DNA of 64,000 nucleotides. Origin: Rhodosorus marinus CCMP1338. Its lineage: Eukaryota; Plantae; Rhodophyta. The notes beneath the pieces were generated by a model that ran no database searches, was not told the DNA's origin, and was given only the letters and a program-made list of their open reading frames with translations. The stretch spans positions 1,550,001-1,614,000 of the forward strand of contig JAMWBK010000006.1 of NCBI GenBank assembly GCA_029953675.1. The letters are read 5' to 3'. Each line of letters starts with the position of its first letter. Within the stretch, counting starts at the first letter, position 1. Shown here in pieces: positions 11,861 to 22,657 of the stretch. Both the position numbers and the translations under genes were made by a program.

Positions 11861-12698
11861 AATTCGACATACCCGAGTTTCCGTAAGGAGACCCTGACAC
11901 ACCAGCCTCCAGTCCCATGCCCAAAACTCGTCGATCCTGACGTACAAGGGAATAGCGGACATTATTTTAAAAGTGTATAAGTTAGTTTAGTTCTATATCG
12001 TATACACTATGTACTGCAGGAAGTAGTGACAAATATCGCCTGTAGCAGATTGTATTTTGTGTATATCCCTGAACAGTGTCAGTGTCGCTTTCAACAGCTA
12101 TTTGTTTATTTGATTCAAAAATAGGGGAGAGCGCTGACATAATTTATTATGGTCATAAACTGGAACCTGTTTTGTATTGTTCGTTTTACTACGACAATGG
12201 TTGGGGTAGTACCTTGTACTAAATGAGGATGACTAGAGTTCGATGGGGATGGAGCCCCGTCTTGGTGTGTGGTACTCTACCAACGACGGCGCCAAGAGCG
12301 TTTTGTGTACGCTGGTTGAACTTGAAGCCGTCCCAGAGTACGATCTGGCAGGATTTTATCACCCGTTCCCGTGGCTGTGGGTTGCAACGTGCAGCACACT
12401 CGGGCTGTCGAACCCTTTGCCGCGAGCTTCGTCAATAAGGATCGGCACCTTTCGAATATGGATTTTCACGAGAACACTGAACTTGATTTGTTTTAATGCA
12501 GAAGATTAAGACGTCATGTAAAGCTTGTGTGAAAGTGACACCCTGTGACAGATTCCGTATATTCACCAGGCCATCTAGCCGTCACGCTCGCTGAAGAGGC
12601 TACTGACTGGAGGATTGCTTCTCGGAGGGGTGCGAAGTTGAGGAGTTGAGGGACGACTTGATTGGAGAAAAAGATGCACGAGTAGGAATTGTTCAGTA

Positions 12699-14273
12699 AT
12701 GGCGTTCGTTGCGATTCCGGCCCTTAACCTTAGGGCCGTCCGAAGGCTGTGCACGGGTCGTGGCGGATCGTTCGCAGAGAACTGGAAGGCAGAGGTCGAG
12801 TCTGTGAAGTTAAATGCTCAATACCCTAAGAATCGATCAGCGAAATCTCGGAACCGCGATGAGGACTCCCAGGACCCTCAGGGAGCTTCCGAAAGACCTC
12901 CGGAGCATAAGAAGAAAAGTCCTCCGGTGAAGGATACCACAAAGCAAGCCAAGAAGGTTCTTTTCCTCAAAAAAAGGGAGCAGAAATTGGAGCAGTTCGT
13001 AGATGCGCAGAGGAGACAGTACGTCAAGGACGCCAGTGTTCAAAATGATACTCAAGATGACCTCTCGAAGTCGGTAAGCAGCGCTTGCGCACCCCCCAAA
13101 CTCGCGGTCGGCGATCCTTTTCCGGGAATCCTCATAGTTCTTTGCTTCTGTTCCAGGAACGACTTCACAAGTACATGAGCCGATGCGGGCTAGCCTCCCG
13201 ACGCAGTGCGGAGAGGATAATTCTAGAAGGCCGAGTAACCGTCAACGGAGAGACAGTCTCCGATGTTGGTAGAAAGATAAACCCCTTTGAGGACGAGGTA
13301 ATGGTGGACAACAAGGTTGCTCGCCTCATGGACCTCACGTCCTGGGTGATGCTTCACAAACCTACGAGAGTATTGAGTACAGTCACAGACGACAGAGGAC
13401 GAGAAACCGTCAGCGAATTCGTTCAAGGCTTAGGAAAGCGGCTTGTTCCAGTCGGGCGGCTTGATAGGGATACAACTGGTGAGCTATTCGTCGGAAGGAA
13501 AAGCCTTTCTGTGACTCCCAATGGGGGATACGTTGTTCTCATTCATCGCGCTTTCTTGGTCTATTTGTTCAGGTCTTCTTATCCTTACAAACGACTACTC
13601 GTGGGTGCATAAGCTTTCGCATCCGAGTTTCATGCATAAGAAAAGCTACTTCGTTACTTGTAGAGGCCACATTTCAGAGGATACAGCGCAGGAGCTTCGA
13701 GATGGGATACTGTTGCCCGGCGAAGAGGAGAAGCCAAAAACAGCTCCTGCGGTAGTGCCTTGCTTTAAAACACCTGGAAATCAGTTGAATATCGCGAAAC
13801 ACGAGGGAAAACTCTAACCAGTTTTGTCTTGTTCTCAACTGTGCTCTCTTCTCAGCACAGAATGTGAAAATTCTAGAGCATACAAAGGAGAGAGGTGAAC
13901 CGGTTTCAAAGGTGTTAATTACTATTAGGGAAGGTCGAAACCGTCAAATTCGAAGGATGTTTTATGGAGTAAGAATCGCACATGCTGTGCTGGGCAAATA
14001 ATGCCGCGTGCTAGGCGTTACCTTCTGCTTCTCTTTGCCGATCTACTGGTAAACGCGCAACAGTTTTCCTAACGATACCATCTGATCTGTCTCTTCTGGA
14101 ACTAGATATTTCACGAGGTCATAACTCTGCACAGGGAATCGTTTGCCGGGCTGAGGTTGGGGTCGCTCAAGCTTGGTGAGTCAAGGCTCCTCCTCCCACC
14201 CGAGATTATTAAGTTGAAGACTTCGGGCGGGGGAAAGTGGGAGAAGACCCCCGAAGATGAACTAGAAGAATAA
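12699..14273 (+). CDS. RsuA/RluB-family rRNA pseudouridine synthase with S4 domain, putatively plastid-targeted, multi-exon
   Basis: MAFVAIP transit-like start; S4 domain ERLHKYMSRCGLASRRSAERIILEGRVTVNG; catalytic motif PVGRLDRDTTG|LLILTND; ITIREGRNRQIRRMF; terminal exon LHRESFAGLRLGSLKLGE..DELEE* ending at TAA 14271-14273. Confidence 0.92.
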
Positions 14274-14400
14274 ACAGAAGGATCTCTAGACTGGGGGAAA
14301 CTATGCGTTTCCAGGAATTCAAGAAGCTTTCACACGCTGCTGAGCAATTATTCTACTCTGGATGTATCCAGGGAAACCCCTAGAATCCCCAGAAACGTTC

Positions 14401-15303
14401 TCATTTTTCCTTTTTCTTGTTGACGCGTGTGGACCTCTTCCTACTCGGCTTCTGCTTCTTCTGCAGCTCTGGTGTCTGGTGCTCTTCCAGCACGGGTAGA
14501 GTTTGTCCGTAAAGAAACACCTCACCGGTTTCGGGGTCGGTCTCAAAAACGTATGGTAGAGGCTTCACACCGCTAGCAACTGCGTCATAGAAGGCTCTCT
14601 TGTAGTCAGGGTCCAGATTTGATGGAGCAAACGCGTTCACGTCGGTTCTGTTGACGAAGAGGAGGACGACGCTCTTCTTGTTCTTCTTCTGACATATCTC
14701 CCGAAGCTCCTCCATGTGCTTCTTACCTCTCGTGCTTTTGCAATCGGGGAACGTTGCAACCGGTTGATTCTCCGTGAAGTCTTCCCTCAGCGTAACACTC
14801 TTTACCTCCAGGTAAGTCTCGACGCCGTCCGCGGAGGTCAGAACGAAATCAACCCTAGAGTTTTGAGTGCCATACTTGACTTCGGACTGCACTGAAACAT
14901 AGTCGTCAAGCTCAGGAATTGCCCTCTGCCGCAGTGCAGCGGCGATGACACGATTGGGAAGCATGGTGTTACAGTTGACCCAGTTGTCCTTGACCTTGAC
15001 GCACTCTAATGTCCATGGGAGCTTTCTTTTCGTATCCGTAGACTTTGTGAGGACCACACTTGGCTTCGTTTCAAGCCCGAAGCCTTTCATAGCCCCCGGG
15101 TTCGGGCAGTGAGCAGTAATCTCCTCTCCATCCTCAAGTTCGCAATGCGCGATGAAGCGCTTCTCCCTTAGATTCAGATTCGCACCGATCAGCCTCGAAT
15201 TGTACTCCCAAACTTTGACCTTGGACGTTACTGATTCCGCAGCAGCCCGCGACCGTTTGGAATATCTCATTCCGTTGGCCACGGTAGCGAACGCAACGTT
15301 CAT
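14401..15303 (-). CDS. sfsA: Sugar fermentation stimulation protein SfsA homolog (OB-fold plus PD-(D/E)XK nuclease fold), intronless
   Basis: Family motifs KRFIAHCEL, AHCPNPGAMKG, WVNCNTMLPNRV, SEVKYG..SRVDFVL, YLEVKSVTL, FPDCKSTRGKKHMEEL and the A..SGV C-terminal motif. 300-aa single ORF. Confidence 0.92.
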   Translation of the reverse strand: MNVAFATVANGMRYSKRSRAAAESVTSKVKVWEYNSRLIGANLNLREKRFIAHCELEDGEEITAHCPNPGAMKGFGLETKPSVVLTKSTDTKRKLPWTLECVKVKDNWVNCNTMLPNRVIAAALRQRAIPELDDYVSVQSEVKYGTQNSRVDFVLTSADGVETYLEVKSVTLREDFTENQPVATFPDCKSTRGKKHMEELREICQKKNKKSVVLLFVNRTDVNAFAPSNLDPDYKRAFYDAVASGVKPLPYVFETDPETGEVFLYGQTLPVLEEHQTPELQKKQKPSRKRSTRVNKKKEK

Positions 15304-17714
15304 AGATTTACAAAAAGCGAAGCGCTACCTTCATTGATCGGTCGACCAGAGACAAAGGAGTAACTAACAAACTGCTTTATCCGATCCACCTTCTCCAAGC
15401 GTTGTATGATAGTCCACATGAAATCCAACGCATCCTTTCCAGCAAGTGCAAAAGTATGCTTAAGTTTCCAAGAAATCCTTTAAACGGGGGGGGGTTTGTG
15501 AACAGTGGGCCGGTCACAAAGATCGTCTGACCATCGGGTTGAACGTTACTCGGCACGTTTGCCTTCTCCACGCGAGGTGTAGTGATCTCCATCGCTTCAA
15601 ACAAAAGCTCTCAGGCGAACCAGGGGTCGTGTTCAGACTTCCTACTCGTTTCTTTCGTCGACGGATCATGAGAAGCCGGAGGTAGGATTCTTCGGAGGTC
15701 ATTTGAAACCGTGCTCGGTAGGTTGGTGAGCCCATTGGGTTGAACTTTCCCATTCGCTGAGAGACTAATCGAAACACTCATCATCAATAGCTTGGAAATT
15801 TGGTTGGCACAGTCAAGCACTTCTTGATATTCGCTTAAATAGATTGATACTTCAGCAGAAGTGAGGCCTGAGACGGACTCTGTGGTCGTTGCAGGCCTTC
15901 TGGGTCATGCCCGTCCGTCAATTCCGAAAGGTAGCTATTGATATCATCCTATTGTTCGTATGCGATTCATAAAATCGATGTGAATTCTTCGAGGCTCAAC
16001 AGTAGCAGAACTTTAATCTGTACAAGTGTATACGGTCGGAGGGTAGAAGGGACAACAGCAACTCCTTCACCGAAATTTGTCATTATCCGTTAACGACCTC
16101 GAGAGCAATACACTTCAAATTCTGCGAGGGATTCCTGCTTAGTTCACAAGTAGCCTGTGGCTGTTCGGTCAAACCCTACGACCTCGTCATCACGAAGCTC
16201 GAAAGCCATCCTCTTCGGCCCCAATCAATACTGACGCGCTCATGTCCCAAAGCGTCCCATTTATGTCCCGAGGGCGGTGACGTCTCTCTTACTATATTAT
16301 GGCTCAGTGTCTTTTAAAATATCTCATCTAACATGTATCTAATAAAATTAAAAACAACAATAAGGCACATATTGATTCAAAAATCATGCATGGGAATGTC
16401 CAGAAAATGAATTTTGGGGCATAAATCTCTCCTCGATGTTTAAAAAAAGGAAGAAAACGGGTCCCTCAAATCAATATAAAACAAAATAGAATTGTTTTCA
16501 CTCGTGGGAGAAACCTAAGATACGAACTCCACTGGAGGCTCACCACCAATACCACCAACGAGCAAACTGTGCCCGCCGTCCACATTCCAAATAAAACGAA
16601 AAACAAATCAAAAACCGGAGCAACACTCCGCCCTCTTAACACTGCAATGGAGGGCAGATCTACACACAACCCCAATACCCCTATAGAACGCCCCAAAAGT
16701 GAACAGTACTATGATTAGTATTAAAAAATAAGAGGGTAAACTGAAACGGCGAGAAATTGAATCGGTGTCAGAACGTACTCCCCCCCCCCCCTTCGTAGGC
16801 TTGCCAGAAAGGTAGATTCTGTGGTCCCTATAATGAATATATTTTATTTAAAGCAAATCTCTTAGATGCGATCGGTTTTCCACAAATTTCCACCACCGTC
16901 CACTCGGAATGAGTAGGGAAATAGTACCTTTTTAAAAAAAAATACAGTAAACGAGGAGGTTGGGATCGTGCGTTTTGCAACAGTGCACCCCCTCGAGGAA
17001 TACCCACCAAGAATTACCCTAGGTTCTCGGCATATGTTAGTACCCCCTCATATTATTTTCCAAACGTTAAAATAAGGAAATTAAATTGGTATATTCAGAA
17101 AAATAGAACGGTGAAATTGGACCCCTATGAACTTTTCTGATCAGTCCGAGTGTATTCACACCCCTGCCGGATATTTCATGTTAAGAACTTTCTTCGAATT
17201 CCACAATATTCCTTTCCCCTCCAAAACAATGAATAATCATCCTCCGATTTCTGCATGTGAGCCCTTGATTCGTCGAAAAGTTTGTCCAATACCGAATTAA
17301 ATAGTCGTAAAAAGATTCAGCGGAAATTTCTCGAATTTCAGACGCGCGTCATTCATTTATTGTGTTTTTATTTACAATGAATTTATATAAATTTATTGGA
17401 TATACTCTCTGTGTTGATACATGATTCGTAATGTTCATTCTTAGTCTAACATAATTGGATAATTGGTACCGTAAATGATAATACACAGCCATATTCCTTT
17501 TATTTTTTTTTATCGCTGTTGTTGACCTGGTGCAAGGAGGTACTTCATACCGATGCGCTGAAGCCTTGACTAGACTGGGAGAATGGAGAGGGACGGGGGA
17601 GGAAAGGAGCACGGTATAGGATCTTGTGAAGGAGGTGTAGTGATGTTAGTGAGGAGCGTATAAGAGAAAAGGTATGATCAACAAGTTTTCATCTTAGAAA
17701 AAAATTCGCAAATA

Positions 17715-17933
17715 ATGGCAGGAGTTTGTTCAAGGAGGACGCGGTCAAGGAACTGCGCGGTGGCGACGGTGGTGCCGAGGGACACCGCGGGAAGGGTTAT
17801 TATGCAGATACTGAACAGCGCGCCTAGTTTGAAGCTGATTGGGTTCGTTATCACCCCGCTGGTGCTGGGATCGATAATGCTGATGAATGGGTTTCGACAG
17901 TTTCGCATCAGTCCCAGCGGCGTGCAGAATTAA
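17715..17933 (+). CDS. Small predicted membrane protein (72 aa), paralog A
   Basis: Hydrophobic segment LKLIGFVITPLVLGSIMLM followed by NGFRQF. It aligns by eye with ORF 20517..20777, including the stop position. Confidence 0.45.
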   Translation: MAGVCSRRTRSRNCAVATVVPRDTAGRVIMQILNSAPSLKLIGFVITPLVLGSIMLMNGFRQFRISPSGVQN

Positions 17934-20333
17934 CTCCTGGCTTCTGGGCAATTTTCGAAGCTTTTTAAATGTTGTAATTGTATTGTAATGCTTAGAGTGA
18001 ATGTACTTCTATTGAGATGCGTATGTATAAGATGCCCTAGCATAAGGAAGTTGGTTAAATGGCAAGTTCCCGCTCGTGATCGATTAGCTGATCCATCTTC
18101 GAACCGCTTTTCTATGCTAGAACACGATCTAGTGTTCGTCAAGTAAACAAGAACTATGAAAGGTACTACTAGTGCCCTGGTAACTGCTGTTCCGGAAATG
18201 AGACCTCCATGGGGTACAGTGCAGAGCGGTTGCTTTCTTCCAAGAGCAAGCCTCCGAGAAGTTGAGAGACTGTCGCGGCACCCGTGCATATCGAGCTTGT
18301 ATCTGCCGACTCCAGTTTAATGTTCCCTTGACAACACAGAGCATACTTGCCGAGTAGCGGAAGCAAGATGTAAGCGTGTCCGTGAAGACGTAGTTCTGAT
18401 GTCCTCTTCGCGTCCAGCCCGTTCAAACGATGGTATTGCCTGTTTTATTCTTGATACTCTGCACCGGACGGGTCGTGGCTTACCGCGCCCAAAGCTGTGA
18501 ACTTGATATTCTCCTTTACGGTTTTCAGAACATGTTCGCCTCTCTGCCCGTATATGATTTGATGCTACGGCGGGAGCGTAGGCGGTGACCAACGCGGTAC
18601 GCGGAGAATCCGCGCAGCCTACCCGTGCTGTTGGACACAACGGCGTGGAGAGGATTCAAAGGTTGATGGAACGTCAAGCATGCTCATGTTCTTCCAATCT
18701 ACGACGATTCCCCGAAGATCATTCTAGAGCCCCCAAAAAATCGGGTTCAGGGTCAGCGCTTCAACAGCTTATGGTGACGAGCTGTGGACGCCCACCCTTG
18801 GCAAAGGCGCTCGGACATCAACAGTGGATCGTCCCAACTGCGTTTTCCTGCGGTTTTTAGCTCAACAACCCCAAAGGGCAAACTCTAAATACAAAGTTCA
18901 AAAGGATAGGTTAGAGCCATTCAAGGCAAACCCTCAGGGGTCCCCAAGGGACAAAGTTCTACCAAGCCGAGATATCTTTTCCTCAAACGGCGCAAGCCCT
19001 CGTTCGCTCCACCTCCAATTACTCGGGGAAGGAGCCAGCTCAGGACAAGCGCCGAAAAAGTCTCCCCAGATGTTCTCTTTACTCAAAAAGCGTTCTCAAA
19101 AATGCTCATGGTAGATTGACCTTCCGTTCAATCAGAATGTGTATTCTTTAGTGATAGCCACGAAAGATTGTTTCCCACAGCACGGTCGAAAAAAGCCCGT
19201 TTGCTTAATGACGGCAAAAAAAAGAAAAAAAGTGTGCCCTGGTCTGGCGCCCTTCCCAGGCACATGCTCATGTTTCTCCTGTCCCTTGTCCCGCACCCGT
19301 TGCGCCCTCCGCTCCCTCACTCACTCCCTCCCAGCTGCCTCTAAGAAAAAAAACACCTCGCAAGACAAAGCCAAAACAAAGACCCAGCCCACAAACCCTC
19401 CCAAACCGGAAATATCTGGAGGAATCCCAGAAGGCCACTTTGACAATTTTCCACACGCCCTTACCTTTTTCTTTAGCGTTTCAAATCTGGGAATGATGGT
19501 ACACACCAATCATTAAAACAAAAAAAAAGAAGGAGACGTTAAAAAAAAAAAAAAAAAGGAAGGAGACGCCTCGTCCAACAAACAATCAAAAAAGAACCAA
19601 AACAACAAAAATTTGCGACGAAAATTTGCGGGCACGTATCTGAGCCTGATGGAAAACCCTCAATTGCCTCCTCCCCCCTTAGCATTTTCCTCAACTACTC
19701 TGTTTTAAGTCAACTAGTTACATTTCCGCTTTTTTGGGAAGAGGATTAGGGGGGGTGTAAGTAGAAAAGATTAACCTGTACGATCAAAACATATGCTTCC
19801 ATTGGCTTATAGGAACAAATCAGTTGGAAATAGTCCAATTAACAAAGAGGTTGCAGATTCTTTTTTCCATTTCTACATTTGTTACGTTTTTGCAATACTG
19901 GACTGCTAAAATCTAATCCAGCCTTAAACATCTACAATTTCGGCCATAATGAAGACTGGAACAGAAAACATGAACCTCTCACCCCCCCTACTCTCAATCG
20001 AGTTTGTCCAAATCGGAATTCTCCAAATTCCGTGCTTTCCAAACGACAAATTTTTTCTGTTCAGCCCAACGTAATGGTATTAGGGGTATGTAAACCCCCC
20101 CCAAAACAAATACGTATATTAATCTATAAAAATAGATAATAACAGGATTACGCATTGACTTACGTTTAGTTGGGCCGGGGTGTAATTGTAATTGATATTT
20201 TTGCAGCCACTTATTCAAGCGAGTTCGTCATCGTTGAGCGACGTGAAAGGCTTTTCCCCTTGCTGTTTTAGCGTTTTCTCGGAAATGGGGTTTCACGACA
20301 AGGGGTCCTGATAGATGCCTCGTAGGTGTGGAG

Positions 20334-20340
20334 TATATAA
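20334..20340 (+). promoter_or_regulatory. Candidate TATA box upstream of ORF 20517
   Basis: TATATAA about 180 nt before the ATG, followed by a GA-rich leader like those of the supported + strand genes in this window. Confidence 0.3.
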
Positions 20341-20516
20341 AGGGGTGTTGTACATGGCTGTCTAGGATTTCTGGGTTTGAGCAGGGATAGAGAGCTGTTG
20401 GAAGAGAAGATGAGAGGGTTGGGAGGGTGTTGCACGAGTAAAGCAGAAGTGCAGTTGGATTCTGTAAATATATATTTTTGTGTGTTTTGATGGAGGGTTT
20501 TAGATGGTGAGGAGAG

Positions 20517-20777
20517 ATGACTTCACTAGCGGTTCGAGGATTTGTTTGTGAGAGAAATGGCACGAGGAGGCCGCACCCTCTCAGGGTTAATATCGCTACT
20601 GCGGTGATGCCCGGGCATGGAAGGGTCGCCGGAATAGTCAGTCTGATTGTGGCGGCGCTGACGCGAAGCAACGCGTTGTGGATTGGGTGTGTGATGCTCC
20701 CGGTCGTGGTCGGTGGAGGGCTGATATACAACGGCCTTCGAAGATTTGGCAATGAACCACTGCCGACTTTGGCATGA
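20517..20777 (+). CDS. Small predicted membrane protein (86 aa), paralog B
   Basis: Hydrophobic segments VAGIVSLIVAALT and ALWIGCVMLPVVVGGGLIY followed by NGLRRF. Shares IG.V..P.V.G.....NG.R.F with ORF 17715..17933. Confidence 0.5.
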   Translation: MTSLAVRGFVCERNGTRRPHPLRVNIATAVMPGHGRVAGIVSLIVAALTRSNALWIGCVMLPVVVGGGLIYNGLRRFGNEPLPTLA

Positions 20778-21143
20778 ATAAAGCGCGGTTCTTGAGCTTC
20801 TGGATTGCTAGCCAGAAGGTCCAGTTTTTTTGAACCAGAATTCGGAGGGAGCCCGAGGAACGACAACTTGAAGCGTGGATTTTCGTGTATATTTTTTTCT
20901 TGCTGGTGGTGAATAGTTAGTAGTTTTTCATGAACATAAAGGGAATTTGAATGAAAGCTTCAAGACAAGAGTGCATGCGGTTTCCGCATACGGCTTGGTC
21001 GTTGAAATTTTGCAAACCAAGGTGCAGGACTGATGTCATTCGTCCCTGGTAGACTTTAATTCTTTGGCAAACGCTGAAAGAGCCCGTAGTACGAGCGAAA
21101 CTGTATCGAACTTCGCGCAGTAGCAGACAGAACGCAGGATGAT

Positions 21144-21454
21144 TCACGCAACATCGTAGCCGAAACCCATTAGGGAAAGGGTTCATGACTCCACTGTAGA
21201 CTCCTTGTTTCCTCTTCATCAACTCCACAACGGGCTATCCAGTGAAAGCGCCAACAGTAACAGAAAAATGTGCCAGTTGTGATATCTGAAGCTACCAGAT
21301 ATCACACAACATCGTAGCCGAAACCCATTAGTGAAGGGGTTCATGGCTCCACTGTATGCTCCTTGTTTCCTCTTCATCAACTCCACAACGGGTTATCCAG
21401 TGAAAGCGCCCAGAGTAACAGAAAAAAGTGCCAGTTGTGATATCTGAAGCTACC
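21144..21454. repeat. 158-bp tandem duplication (2 copies, roughly 90% identical by eye)
   Basis: TCAC(G/A)CAACATCGTAGCCGAAACCCATTAG... begins at 21144 and 21302; ...GATATCTGAAGCTACC ends at 21296 and 21454. Confidence 0.95.
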
Positions 21455-21606
21455 CACTGCTGAACAAATATTTTAGGAGAAACAACGCCAGATTCCTATG
21501 TACACGTCTATCACTAAAATAGTTCTAAATTACAAAATAGTACCTCCCTCAATTAGCTAAAAACAGGACTTCCGTAGAGTATTTTTCACAAATACAACAA
21601 ATATTA

Positions 21607-22500
21607 TTAAATAATATATAGATGGTTGATTGTGGATGGACGAGTCTTTCCAAATGGACTGGTTTCCACCCTTTTTTTCCAGGTCTCGAGCTCTGGGATG
21701 GATGTACTCTGCATTACTGGATGAAGGTCGCTGTGGATCCAGGCGATGTTATCCGTGACCTCGAATGTCCCCCTGTACAATGAACCTTGAAAAGGATGTG
21801 CCGATTTTTCAGCTGGAATGGGGCGAGAGGGCACTTCAGTACCTGCTGGGGCTAAAGGCGCGGGTTCGTTGGAGCACTACGCAGTGCTCCCAGTGTGGTG
21901 GGAGGGGTCCGACTGGGAGGGTCGATGAGATATCGTTAACTCCTTTGCGTTGCTTAGCTTGTCTTGTGCTGGGAGACTGACCAGGGGACGAAGCGGGGCT
22001 GAGATTTCTCCGGCTTTTTGAACGCAGGCGACTGAGCGCGCAAGGTCTTCCCACACTTCGATCACGGTATATAGAAAGCAACGACCATATTTTAACGGTA
22101 AGGTAGGAGTTCCGAGTCGCTCTCACGACGATGCCGTGGAAGTCAACCTTTCCCAACCTCATTGACCACTCATGGCGTCAAGGAAATTAAGAGCGGAACA
22201 CACTAGAAACAAAAAATACGCGTGACGGATGTTCTTCGTCGTTTCCTCGTATGAGGACCGTGGAGCTTGCAGCGCAGACACATCCCCGGATCATCTTATC
22301 ACAGATTTCCTGCCGCGGCGAACCAAATTCGGCCAGTAAGAAAGGTCGCTGAGCTGCAAGCGGGCCATTTCCTAAAGCAGTTGCTGTCCTTGTTCCAAGG
22401 CCCTCCCCCGTGGCAACGCCGGAAAAGCAAATCTCCACCTTTCTCAGATCGTCGTTCCGACGGAAACCCCCTGAAAACGCCTCATCGTGGCTCGTTCAGG
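21607..22500 (-). pseudogene. Possible decayed coding sequence of unknown origin
   Basis: One minus-strand frame links ORFs 21877..22065 and 21607..21834 across a single TAG. It extends upstream to about 22500 with only about six TGA/TAG stops counted by eye in about 295 codons. No family recognised. Confidence 0.3.
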
Positions 22501-22657
22501 TAGCCTCCTCACCCCGTACGGCTTCGAATAGTTTAAGAATGCCTTGATAGAACTCTTCTATGAACAACCCTTGCATTTTCGATAAACTCTAGGGAGGATT
22601 CGGCTTTCGTTTTATTGAAGCCAAATCCTCTCTCCTACAGCAAACATCAACAATCCG

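Larger units (their letters stand above)
10661..11870 (+). mobile_element. Degenerate Ty1/copia LTR retrotransposon 3' end: RNase H relic, polypurine tract and LTR start (duplicated)
   Basis: ORF 10661..11467 has RPTRPG..CDLSWKK..YTTDA..KN..AHFMR..LLFFPCIQTPATLF, with motif spacing matching copia RNase H (RSTSGY..ISWKS..STAEAEY..KNP..YHFIRE..YVPT.DQ.ADIF; SW to HF about 77 aa). A purine tract at about 11335-11360 is followed directly by TG (TGGTAGGAAGC at 11361). Confidence 0.5.

Noticed and set aside
12699-15303. Pseudouridine synthase plus sfsA as a prokaryotic operon or bacterial contaminant
   Set aside because: The genes are convergent, the synthase is split by several spliceosomal GT-AG introns, and both have transit-peptide-like N-termini.
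15377-16250. Fragmented minus-strand ORFs upstream of sfsA
   Set aside because: There are multiple stops in all frames and no recognisable domain, so they could not be supported as a gene or a defined TE.
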